From contig NW_021836986.1 in NCBI RefSeq assembly GCF_006345805.1, positions 1-21,903 of the forward strand: 21,903 bases of DNA, given 5' to 3'. The notes under the pieces were generated by a model. It worked only from the letters and a program-made list of their open reading frames with translations. It searched no databases and was not told where the DNA came from. The DNA is from Octopus sinensis (lineage: Eukaryota). Shown piece by piece: positions 1-9,606 of the stretch. Positions within the stretch are counted from its first letter, which is position 1; each line of letters starts with the position of its first letter. Both the position numbers and the translations under genes were made by a program.

Positions 1-142
1 TATATTTTGTTTATGCTTTGATTGTTGGAAGGATATTATTACAAAAGTTAATTAAAACTAATTACAAGAAAATATAACATCATATCGACCTCCAACACAG
101 TCATGTTTTCATTACACACACTCGCACATAGTTTTTTTTATT

Positions 143-798
143 CTTTTACCTGTTTCAGTAATTAGACTGCGCCTATGCTGCAGCACCGCCTTTAATCGAG
201 TAAATCGACCCCAGGACTTATTCTTTGTAAGCCCAGTACTTATTCTATCGGTCGCTTTTGCCGAACCGCTAAGTTACGTGGACGTAAACACACCAGCATC
301 GGTTGTCAAGCGATGTTGGTGGTGGTGGCGGGGGGAAGGGACACAGACACGCAAACATATACACACACATGCATATATATATATATATATATATATGGAG
401 ACCCCCTTCGCTCATGATTGACCATGGGATTGCACCTAGAAAGTTACCCTCCGAGGCACAAGTCCGGGCAAGGTTGTTTGTGGAAGGCTAGCAGTCGCCT
501 ATGCATACCAGCCTCCCCTTCCCACACCACTGATGTCACAACCCATTTCTACAGCTGAGTGAACTGGAGCAACGTGAAATAAAGTGTCTTGTTCAAGTAC
601 ACAACGCGCAGCCCGGTCCGGGATTCGAAGTCACAACCACACGATCGTAAGCTCGACGCTTTAACCACTGAGCCATGCGCTTTCACACATACATACATAT
701 ACGACGGGCTTCTTTCAGTTTCCGTCTATCAAATCCATTCACAAGTCTTTGGTCGGCCCGAGGCTATAGTAGAAGACTCTTGGCCAAGGTGCCCAAGG
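143..798 (-). mobile_element. SINE family A copy (CORE-like, internal AT/AC microsatellite), head truncated, interrupted by a family B SINE at 397-686
   Basis: 143-396 matches the 3' half, and 687-798 the central part, of other family A copies here (9308-9570, 9606-9769, 15490-15830). It ends at GCCCAAGGT, before the tRNA-like head. Confidence 0.85.
397..686 (-). mobile_element. tRNA-derived SINE family B, nested in the microsatellite of a family A SINE
   Basis: The minus-strand head has A-box TGGCTCAGTGG and B-box-like ACTTCGAATCC. It is flanked by AT/AC repeats and by the two halves of one family A element. Confidence 0.8.
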
Positions 799-1418
799 TA
801 CACACACTCATGTATAATAGCATACATACATACGTATACGCGTGTATGTGAGAGAGTGTATTCATGCGCGCGCATGTATTGTGTATTGAGTTATGTGAAA
901 GTGGTGTCGCTACGGCACGAAATCGATGCCAGAAATGCGACAAGTTCTTACTCGTGTTAACAGCAAAGTGTTTCTATTCTATGAAGTTAAATGCTTTGTT
1001 GAGGAACGAGACAAGTAATGAACGTGGAAGATGTATAGAAAAGAGAGAAATATGAGTTAATGTGATCTGCCGGGTTTGCCGGATACGAAATGACAATTAG
1101 CAATGGAAGGTAGGGCACATTTGGTGTGCGGAAGGCAAGCAGTCATTTATGCTATTAAAATTTGTAAAGACAATGAATGAGGAAGAAACAGTTAGACTGA
1201 TATTTGGCAATTAATGTGAGTAGACGTCACTTACGGACGTGGGAAAAGTGATGAGGGTTGTCAGTGGGAGGTAATCTATGGCACAGGAAAACCAAAACAG
1301 ATAGGGGAAGAAATGGTAAAAATGAGTAAAGTGCGAATGTTGGACCATAGGAGGTAGGACACATGTGATAGGAGGAGGTCACATGTACAATAATAGACTT
1401 CTTGTCCGGGTTCTAGAT

Positions 1419-1510
1419 ATCCGGAATTCTCACAAACCGGAATTTCCAGAAATCCGGAATTTTCAGAAACCGGCATTTTCAGAAACCGGAATTTCCAGAA
1501 ATCCGGGAAT
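1419..1510. repeat. Tandem repeat, about 5.5 copies of a 16-17 bp unit CCGGAATTT(C/T)CAGAAA(T)
   Basis: Units start at 1421, 1437, 1454, 1470, 1486 and 1503, with no spacers. Confidence 0.9.
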
Positions 1511-2137
1511 AATGTGCACTACCATACAATATGATGTACCCTGTATTGAATCAACAGACCTTGTTTTTGAAGTTGATTACTTTGCATAAATTGTGTTAAA
1601 ATTAGTTTCATTTACTTTTTAAATTAGATTGATAGCGATAAAACATATGAGATGCAGCATGGATTTTTGTCAGTGAACAGGTCGCGGATTTTAGCGACGA
1701 AAATATTTTGACAAATTAAACTTAAATGTTGAAGTGAATCGAACGGCTTTTGTGTGTTTCTTAAATGGCTTATAAACACCTTCCACGCTGCAATTGTTTT
1801 CGTTCCAGCACACGATCTCAGATCAAATCACTTGCTATGCGAGTACATCTCCGATAAAACATATTCTGCTTAAGAAATGTATTAATTTGTACCTCTATGT
1901 CTTATATAAAATCATGTTCTTTATTTTTCGTTTAATTCTCATCTTTGTAAGCATTATATTGTACATGTGTTGCCGTATGATATGTTTTAAGAATGTTAAG
2001 TACATTAATAGATATGAAATAGACTCTGCTTTAGAAATGTATTAGAATCTGTTAAATACAATTTGGTCCTTTATCTTTAGAGCATATTTTAGATTTCAAA
2101 TATATATTTCAGCTTTTAGATTTTAAGTATATGTATA

Positions 2138-2355
2138 TTCTTTTATTTGTTTCAGTAATTTGACAGCGGCCATGCTGGAGCACCACCTTTAGTCGAGACA
2201 AATCGACTTATTCTCTATAAGCCTAGTACTTATTCCATCAATGTTTTTTGCCGAACCGCTAGTTTACGGGGGTAGTAAACACACCAGCATCAATTGCCAA
2301 GCGATGTTAGGGGGACAAACACTGACACACAAAAACACACACACGCACACACATT
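2138..2355 (-). mobile_element. SINE family A, 3' half
   Basis: Matches 143-370. The tail reads GGTGGTGCTCCAGCATGGCCGC on minus. Confidence 0.85.
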
Positions 2356-2357
2356 TA

Positions 2358-2520
2358 TGTATAAAACTGAGAATGTGTATGCGTGCGTCTCTAAAACTCG
2401 AGAACTACCCAACCGATTTTATTTAAATTTTACACATGCCTAACTTAGGGGCCATGCAGTGTCATGGGCAAAAAAATTTTCAATTTTTTGCGTAATGCGA
2501 TCTCGGAGCAATCTCTTATC
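2358..2520 (+). mobile_element. Possible non-autonomous Helitron-like 5' fragment
   Basis: TATAAAACTGAGAATGTG, then a short GT-type repeat, then AACCGATTTTATTTAAATTTTACAC. This layout resembles Lep1-type Helitrons from memory. No 3' hairpin/CTAG end was seen. Confidence 0.3.
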
Positions 2521-2634
2521 TCTTACACTATCTCAGTATTACGTGCTAAAAGTGAAACAATAATATCGCTATTGTAATGTGAGATAATATTTTCAGTTTT
2601 AATAGTTTCAGTATTAATACTTTCACTATGTAGG

Positions 2635-2699
2635 TGTATATATATATATATTAGTTTCATTTCTATTAGTTTCACTATGTATTTATATACGCTTGTATG

Positions 2700-2774
<75 letters not shown>

Positions 2775-2800
2775 TGTGTGTGTGTGGTGTGTGTGTGTGT
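2635..2800. repeat. (AT)n and (GT)n microsatellites
   Basis: Directly visible, at about 2635-2650 and 2705-2800. Confidence 0.95.
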
Positions 2801-2801
2801 A

Positions 2802-3989
2802 TATGAGTTGGACATAAAATAATGGGAACACCTCAAAATTTCAAACAAATTTATTTTAGTATGGGGTAGGACCGCCTTTTTGGCAGTAATTACAGCTTGA
2901 ATTCTATAAGGTATGGACTCGTACAAAGTTTGAATTGTTTCCAAAGGAATTTTTGTCTATTCTTCAGCTAAAACAGTCTCCAGTTCTTGTAGTGATGATG
3001 GTGGAGGATATCGACTCCTTACTTGTTTTTCTAAATTGCACCTTAAATGTTCAATAATATTGAGATTGGGTGGGGCTGAGGTGGCCAGATAAAATGTTCA
3101 CCTTCACTAGAATGTTCCTCTCACTGCTTCCCCTGTACTCGTTCACTGCTACCTTTATTACATATCAGCTGTGTGAATTGGTGTCCTCAAAGATTGCATT
3201 TCCCTCCGGAAACAGTTCCGCAACTATATGATGAATTTTATCAGATAAAATAATTAAATAGTCTTGACTATTAATTCTGCTATTAAGGGAAAGCATTGGG
3301 CCGGCGGATTTCCAAGGTATAGCCTCCTCAGATCCTCACATCCTCACACATCCTTCTCCATGTTTAACAGTTGGAAGAAGGCAGTTTAGGTCAAATGCTT
3401 CTTTTGGCTGTCTCCACACGTATACTCAGCCGGTGGTCGGAAATAAGGTAAAGGATGACTCGTCTGAGAAAATAACATTCTTCCGCTGCTATCGAGACCA
3501 ATTCTGTAGGATTTTACTCCACTCTAAACCCTTTGCAGCATTTGATTTTTAAAGTAGTGGTTTTCGGATTGCTGCCCTTCCGTGAAATCCGGCTTTGTGC
3601 AGCTCCCGGCGAGCAGTTTTTGTGGAAACTGGGTTCTCGAGGTCTTCATTAAGCTCTGCAATAATTTTGCGAGTTGAACTTTTGTGATCCTTTCAAACAA
3701 TTCGCGCAAGAGTCCGACGGTCCCAATCTGAAAGTATGGGTTTTCTTCCGGAGTTTTGTTTCGACCAGGAGGTTTTTCCCTGTTTCCCAAAGGCTGTCAT
3801 TACTTTCTAGAAAGTACACCTTTTTCTGATGATATCTGAAAAGAAACAGCAATTTTAGCAAAACGTATTAAGCAACACTAATAGTAAATCAAAGTACATA
3901 AATATAAACAAGCTTTTGACGGTTTTATAGATATTTCAAAATTATGATGCTATGATGCTAGGTGTTTCCATTATTTTGTCCAATCCCTG
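2802..3989 (-). mobile_element. Tc1-like DNA transposon, decayed, both TIRs present
   Basis: The left TIR at about 2802-2833 (GTTGGACATAAAATAATGGGAACACCT) is the inverse of the right TIR at 3960-3989 (AGGTGTTTCCATTATTTTGTCCAATCCCTG), which is followed by TA. Transposase remnants lie between them. Confidence 0.9.
2856..3790 (-). pseudogene. Tc1 (DD34E-type) transposase pseudogene
   Basis: Manual minus-strand translation across frameshifts gives SGRKPILSD..RRTLARIV, GFHGRAAIRKPLL, NVIFSDESSF, PTVKHG, GNAIFED, WPPQ..LNIIEHL, LYESIPYRIQAVITAK(GGPTPY*). There are multiple stops and frameshifts. Confidence 0.9.
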
Positions 3990-4001
3990 TATATATATGT
4001 A

Positions 4002-4059
<58 letters not shown>

Positions 4060-4533
4060 CCAAAATGTGATTTTAGAGTCAAGATTTGGCTGCTACATCT
4101 AGCATGGTGGTATCTTTTAGATACCTTTAATTATAATTTTAATAATAATTATTACCTATGACGATTTTATTGCCATGCTAGTCACTTTATATGATCGATA
4201 TTTTAAATAACGATCTTATCCTGATATATATATATATACATATATGTATGTATGTATATATATATATATATTCCATAATTATGTTTATAATTATAGAATA
4301 TTTGTATAATTTTACCTAAAAAGGCTATTTTAACGTACCGAACTACTTGATAAAATTAATTATTAATTAATTAATTGATTAATAAATTAATTGATTTTAC
4401 CTTTTTATTATTATAAGTATATGTATGTATGTATGTATGTATATATATATGTATATATATACATGTATATATATATGTATATATGTGTATATATATGTAT
4501 GTATATGTGCATATATGTATGTATATATATATA
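3990..4533. repeat. (AT)n/(ATGT)n microsatellite blocks with AT-rich spacers
   Basis: Blocks at about 3990-4055, 4226-4272 and 4417-4533. A family E fragment (minus) lies at about 4069-4108. Confidence 0.9.
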
Positions 4534-7463
4534 TCCTTAAATCCTTAAAAATGTTTTAGCCCGAAGGCCGCGGCCATGCTGGGGCACCACCTCTGAATGA
4601 GCTACACTAGTTTGTGAATCCACCTCTGATACGTGGCACTTGATCAACAAGGGAGTTCGATGCTGCTGCCCGCATCCGTGTCTCCTGTCGTGAGGTAGGT
4701 TCATCTGGGACTCCCAACAAGAAGAGATCCAGTTTAGTTTTAAAGAAACCCACATCCACACCATGTAAGTCTCTCAGGCATTTAGGGAGGATGTTAAAGA
4801 GCTGTGGTCCTCTGAAACCCAAGCTGTTGCAGTATCTGGACCTGTATTTTGATGGTGATGTTGGAATCCTTGGCACCACGCAGCGGCGCCCCGTTCTGCG
4901 GTTGGAGTACTTTGAATGCCAAAGTTTGGGACAAGACCCTCCAGGATTTTCCAGATGTATATCACTGCATATCTCTCCCGCCTCCGCTCCAGGGAGAAGA
5001 GGTTTAATACCTTCAGTCTTTCCAGTAGCTGACATTTTGCATTGAGACGATTTTCTTTGTGTAGCTTCTCTGAGTTGCTTCGAGTTCTGCTGTTTGTTTT
5101 ATATTGTGTGGTGACCAAAGTTGGGAGCAGTAGTCCAAGCGGCTGAGGACAAATGTTTTCCATAGGACCATCAGTGTCTCCTTCTCTCTTGTTCTGAAAG
5201 TTCGGAGAATCCATCCAGCTAGCCGTCTGCATTTTATCACCAGATTAGCAATATGCATTTGGAAAGATGCATCATTGCTCATGTCAATGCCCAGGTCACG
5301 CACTGATTTTGACTCAGGGATTGCAATTCTTCCTGGGCCAGTGTATCCAGTCTTCACGTCATTTACCTTTGTGTGCCAGTAGCGCAGGGCCTGGAACTTA
5401 CCTGCATTAAACTGCATGTTGTTGTCCTCAGCCCACCTGTATATTGTGTCCAGCTCATGTTGCAGATGCGCAATATTTTCAGGGTTTTGTATTGCGTGGG
5501 AGACTTTTGTGTCATCTGCATAGCTAGCAAGGGTGGTCATCGTAGCAACTGAAGGCATGTCTGAAAGGGCCACTATGAACATCAGTGGCCCCAAGACAGT
5601 GCCCTGTGGGACACCGCTTGTTATTTGCGTTCCCTGGAGGTGGCTCCATTGCTCACAACTGCCTGTTTTCTGCCTTTTAGGAAGTTGTGCAGCCACTCTC
5701 CAAGTTTCCCGCCTATGCCGAGACCACGCAGTTTGTGACAGATCATACCATGGTCGACTTTATCAAAGGCTTTTGCAAAGTCAAGATATATTACATCCAC
5801 ATTTGAGCCATTTAGTAGCTGTTTCAACACCCAGTCATAGTGTTGCAGGAGCTGTGTTAGGCAGCCTCTACCTGGTCGAAATCCATGCTGGGTGTCAGAC
5901 AGTAAGTCATTTTCTTCAAGGAACATGATTAGTTTCTTACGGACTATTCGTTCCATGACTTTGCTGATGTGTGAGGTCAGAGAGATAGGCCTATAATTTT
6001 TAGCATCTGCTCTGCTACCTCCCTTATGGATAGGGCATATTACCCCCTCTTTCAGTTTGACTGGGAGCTTACCACTTGCAAGAAAGCTCTGAAAAAGAAG
6101 CTGTAGCGGTTTTGCAAGGGCTCGTTTGCACGATTTGAGAAGGATCGCTGGGAATCCATCAGGTCCAGCAGCTGAGTTTGTGTCAATCTCATCAATGGCT
6201 AGTGTGATATCATCTTCTTCGATGTTGATGTACTCAATTTTTGTCTCTTTGGTCGCTGGTAAAGTGGCAAAGAATTCTTCTGGGTTGTTTACTTGCCTGT
6301 GTCCTAGAGGTGTAGTGAACACACTTTGGAACTGTTCATTCAGTATTTCACTTATCCTCGTGGGATTTCCTGTGAGAGAGCCATCTTTTTGGAAGAGAGG
6401 TCCTATTCTCTGGTGCACTGTGGCTGTCTCTTTGGCAAACTTAAAGAAAGCTTTAGGGTTTGATTTTATATTTTCTATTACCCAAGCTTCTTTATCTGCT
6501 CTCTCCTTTTCATGGGACTGATGTAGACTTTTCTCAGTTTCCATTAGCATTCTTTCGAGCCGAGACTTCTCACCACTTTTGGTGTGCTTGCTCAGGCGGT
6601 TTGCAATCCTTGTCCGTCGTCTCATAAGAATCCTCCTTTCTCTAGGGATCCTGTTTTTGTTCTTGTGTGTGCTGGCCCTGCACATTGGGACATATTTGTC
6701 ACATATGGCTTGTATTATGGACATGAAGTGTGTTGTGTTTCATGTTTATGTCCGGTGTGGAGAGACATTCAGGCCAATCCTGTTTGAGGATCTCTTTCTC
6801 AATCGACTTCCAGTTGGCTTTATGAAAGTTTAAGTTGGAGAGATGGTGGGTGCTTCGTATAGGCTGTGTGTCTGCGGGGGCTTTTGTTCCATACATAGAT
6901 AGCTCTATTATGTTGTGATCCGAGATCATTGTCGGCATCACATTAACATTATGGATAATATCCATATTGTTTGTAAAGCAGAGATCCAGTATATTATCTG
7001 CCCTTGTTGGTTGCAGAACTATTTGCTCCATGAAAGAGGTATTTGTGAGATGGAGCAGGGACTCCACCTGTGCCTGCTGATGGTGTGTCATCCCTGGGAG
7101 CATCTGCCCCCCAGGCCATTCCACATTGGGGAGGTTAAAGTCACCCATGAAGAATACACTGTTGTGCTGTTCAAGGTTGGTGAGGACTCCTATTTTTGTT
7201 AGGCAGTCTTCAAACATGCCTGAGTGTTTTGGGGCGTCTGGTGGGCGATATGTAGTGCATATGACGATATTCAGTTGTCTTATGTGTACAATTTGAGTTT
7301 CACATACTGAGTTTGAATATGACAGCAGGACCTGGGGCGTGAGGTCATCTCGGATGTACATTGCAACTCCACCATGGCTCCTCCCTTTTCTATCTGTGCG
7401 TATGACTGCATATTGCGGCATGTGTATTTCTGCATCACCTATATCGGGTTCAAGATGCGTTTC
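4534..7463 (-). mobile_element. 5'-truncated non-LTR retrotransposon (LINE), CR1/L2 group
   Basis: APE endonuclease plus reverse transcriptase ORF, short 3' UTR and terminal (TTTAAGGA)x2 at 4534-4549. It is truncated at the ETHL motif and both ends abut (TA)n. Confidence 0.95.
4607..7463 (-). pseudogene. LINE ORF2 (APE endonuclease + RT), split by four apparent 1-bp frameshifts
   Basis: APE motifs: ETHL, RTDRKGRSHGGVAMY, YRPP, MGDFNLP, LDLCF, SDHN. RT motifs: NYRPISLTS, QHGFRPGRGC, YLDFAKAFDKVDH, GVPQGTVLGP, YADD. The C-terminus reads PDEP..RAAASNSL. Frameshifts are near 6728, 5630, 5021 and 4908. Confidence 0.93.
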
Positions 7464-7471
7464 TATATATA

Positions 7472-8376
7472 TATAATTAATTAATAAGGGTGAGAGAATT
7501 AGATACTAATTTAATAGTATATCTATTCTACACCAAGTGGCCTAGTGCTCCGAGAAACCTGGATTATTATAATATTTTTAATATATTATAATATTTTTAC
7601 AAAATAAATATAAGAGAGTGGTCCTATATGGCTCACTCTAGCACCAGTTAATCATAGGTTTCAACCACCAAAAATACATGTTTCCCATGAAAGTCAGTAC
7701 GATTGTTAGCTCACACGGACAGGGCAAATAAAAAATAACAAAAATACAGATTATTTTGGGACAATTGTTTCGCTATTAATGAATTAAATGTAATTTTACT
7801 TACAAAAAAATCCACTTGTAGCTCCTCAGCCAAAACTATCTGGATGAAATCCACTCAATCACACTCCAGATTTTATCATAACGATAAATACGCGTGTGGT
7901 TCAATTGATTACATCCGACGTTATAATTCAAATGCCCCAACTAACAGCGCGCCAAATTTTCAGGGAAAACAAATACAGCATTTAGAAATAAATGCAGCAT
8001 AATTATAATTAATTAATAAGGGTGAGAGAATTAGATACTAATTTAATAGTATATCTATTCTACACCGACTTTCATGGGAAACATGTATTTTTGTGGTTGA
8101 AACCTATTGGGTAAACTGGTGCTGGAGTGAGCCATATAGTGACCACTCTCTTATATTTATTTTGTAAAAATATTATAATATATTATAAAATATTATAATA
8201 ATCCAGGTTTCTCGGAGCACTAGGCCACTTGGTGTAGAATAGATATACTATTAAATTAGTATCTATTCTCTCACCCTTATTAATTAATTATATTATGCTG
8301 CATTATTTCTAAATGCTGTATTTGTTTTCCGGGAAAATTTGGCGCGCTGTTAGTTGGGGCATTTGAATTATAACGT
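7472..8376. mobile_element. Hammerhead-bearing element (retrozyme / Penelope pseudo-LTR-like): 532-bp unit with 63-bp terminal redundancy plus inverted partial copy
   Basis: 7472-7534 is identical to 8004-8066. 7472-7695 is the near-exact reverse complement of 8067-8291. 7918-8066 is the near-exact reverse complement of 8231-8376. It is flanked by (TA)n on both sides and contains the hammerhead at 7747-7842. Confidence 0.7.
7747..7842 (-). ncRNA. Type I hammerhead ribozyme with complete canonical core
   Basis: Minus RNA: CAGAU-A-GUUUUGG [CUGAGGA] GCUA...UAGC [GAAAC] AAUU [GUC]^CCAAAAU-A-AUCUG. Stems I, II and III all pair by eye. Predicted cleavage is between 7760 and 7759. Confidence 0.85.
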
Positions 8377-8394
8377 ATTATATATATATTATAT

Positions 8395-8442
<48 letters not shown>
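8377..8442. repeat. (AT)n followed by (AG)n
   Basis: Directly visible. Confidence 0.95.
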
Positions 8443-8445
<3 letters not shown>

Positions 8446-8728
8446 AATCTTACTTAGAAATGGATAACACAGAGTAGATGAAACCATGGCGACTGAAGAA
8501 GGGGAATTTTCCTTGTGTTATTTGTCCTGTACTCTATTTTTTTGTTGTTTAAGAAAAATGTCCAGTTCCTTGGGTTTGTGTCTATGTTTTCGTTTCTCAT
8601 TGTGTTCGACGTTTTTTTTTGGTGTCCTGTACCCATATATGCGTGTATATATACATGTAGAGGTAGTATGTACATTATGTATGTATATATGCATATGTTT
8701 TATTTATTAATTTATTTCATTATATATA

Positions 8729-8773
<45 letters not shown>

Positions 8774-8951
8774 CAAAATGGGACAAGAATGCAAAGCATC
8801 CAGAAGACGATACAAAAAACACGGACGGGTCATTCGAAGCCTTTAATGTTCAGTCAAGAACCGGATCAGCCTCGCAATTTCGGCTGTTCGAATGACCCGT
8901 CCGTGTTTTTTGTATCGTCTTCTGGATGTTTTGCGTTCTTGTCCCATTTTG
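8774..8951. mobile_element. TA-flanked hairpin (MITE-like) element with long inverted arms
   Basis: 8771-8838 vs 8887-8954 are reverse complements with 2 mismatches in 68 bp and a 48-bp spacer. Ends read TA|CAAAATGGGAC...GTCCCATTTTG|TA. It lies within (TA)n. Confidence 0.8.
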
Positions 8952-8994
<43 letters not shown>

Positions 8995-9072
8995 ATACGG
9001 CGTACGTACACTTTGCTCTCTCTCTCTTTCTCTCTCTCACTAATATATATATATAATATATATATATATATA

Positions 9073-9280
9073 GTTAATCCAAACAAGAAAGCACAAAAAA
9101 AAACGCAACAACGCGAGGACGTGGAACAAATATAGTATTATTGGACGCTCAGGAAAGAAGGAAAGAAGGAGGGTTTAACGTTTCGAGCGAAGCTCTTCGT
9201 CGGAAACGTAGGAGAAGGAAAGATCCAGAGAAGGGAAGACAGAGGAAAAAAAATCGCCAACGGTACACACGAGGTCACAT
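9073..9280 (-). mobile_element. 208-bp (TA)n-flanked unit carrying a minimal hammerhead; Penelope pseudo-LTR / retrozyme-like
   Basis: Bounded by (TA)n on both sides, with a pyrimidine-rich minus strand and a hammerhead-like motif at 9173-9207. Confidence 0.55.
9173..9207 (-). ncRNA. Minimal type I hammerhead variant (U4 to C)
   Basis: Minus RNA: GUUU [CCGACGA] A GAGC-UUC-GCUC [GAAAC GUU] AAAC. Stem I is GUUU/AAAC, stem II is GAGC/GCUC and stem III is the palindromic ACGU. Confidence 0.55.
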
Positions 9281-9307
9281 TATATATATATATATACATA
9301 GATATAT

Positions 9308-9570
9308 AGACGGAAACTGAACGAAGCTTGTCGTATGTATATATGTGTGTGTGTATGCATTTGTTTGTGTGTCTATGCTTGTTCCCACCCCCCAACATCG
9401 CTTGACAACCTATGCTGGTGTATTTACGTTCCCGTCACTAAGCGGTTCGGTAAGAGAGACCGATAGAATAAGTACTAGGCTTACAAAGAACAAGTCCTGG
9501 TGTCGATTTGCTCGACTAAAGGCGGTGCTCCAGCATGGCTGCAGCCAAATGACTGAAACAAATAAAAAAA
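9308..9570 (+). mobile_element. SINE family A, 5'-truncated
   Basis: Matches 15570-15830, with a full 3' tail at 9521-9570. Confidence 0.88.

Positions 9571-9605
<35 letters not shown>

Positions 9606-9606
<1 letters not shown>

Noticed and set aside
3305-3330. CUGAGGA..GAAA on minus inside the Tc1 element
   Set aside because: There is no closing stem II or stem III; it is transposase coding sequence.
4791-7202. Plus-strand ORFs at 4791, 5533, 6126, 6579, 6584 and 6915
   Set aside because: They are antisense shadows of LINE ORF2 with no recognisable motifs.
7672-7700. Minus-strand CUGACUU..GGAAACAUGUA as another hammerhead
   Set aside because: It lacks the GA of CUGANGA and has no stem I or stem II.
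8336-8347. E2F-like TTTGGCGCGC in the inverted arms (also 7947-7958)
   Set aside because: It is a single short motif duplicated only because the arm is duplicated, with no independent support.
8493-8555. CTGAAGAAGGGGAA..CCTT and a downstream GAAAAATGTC as a third hammerhead
   Set aside because: Stem II does not close onto GAAA, stem I cannot pair, and position 15.2 is A. At most it is a decayed remnant.
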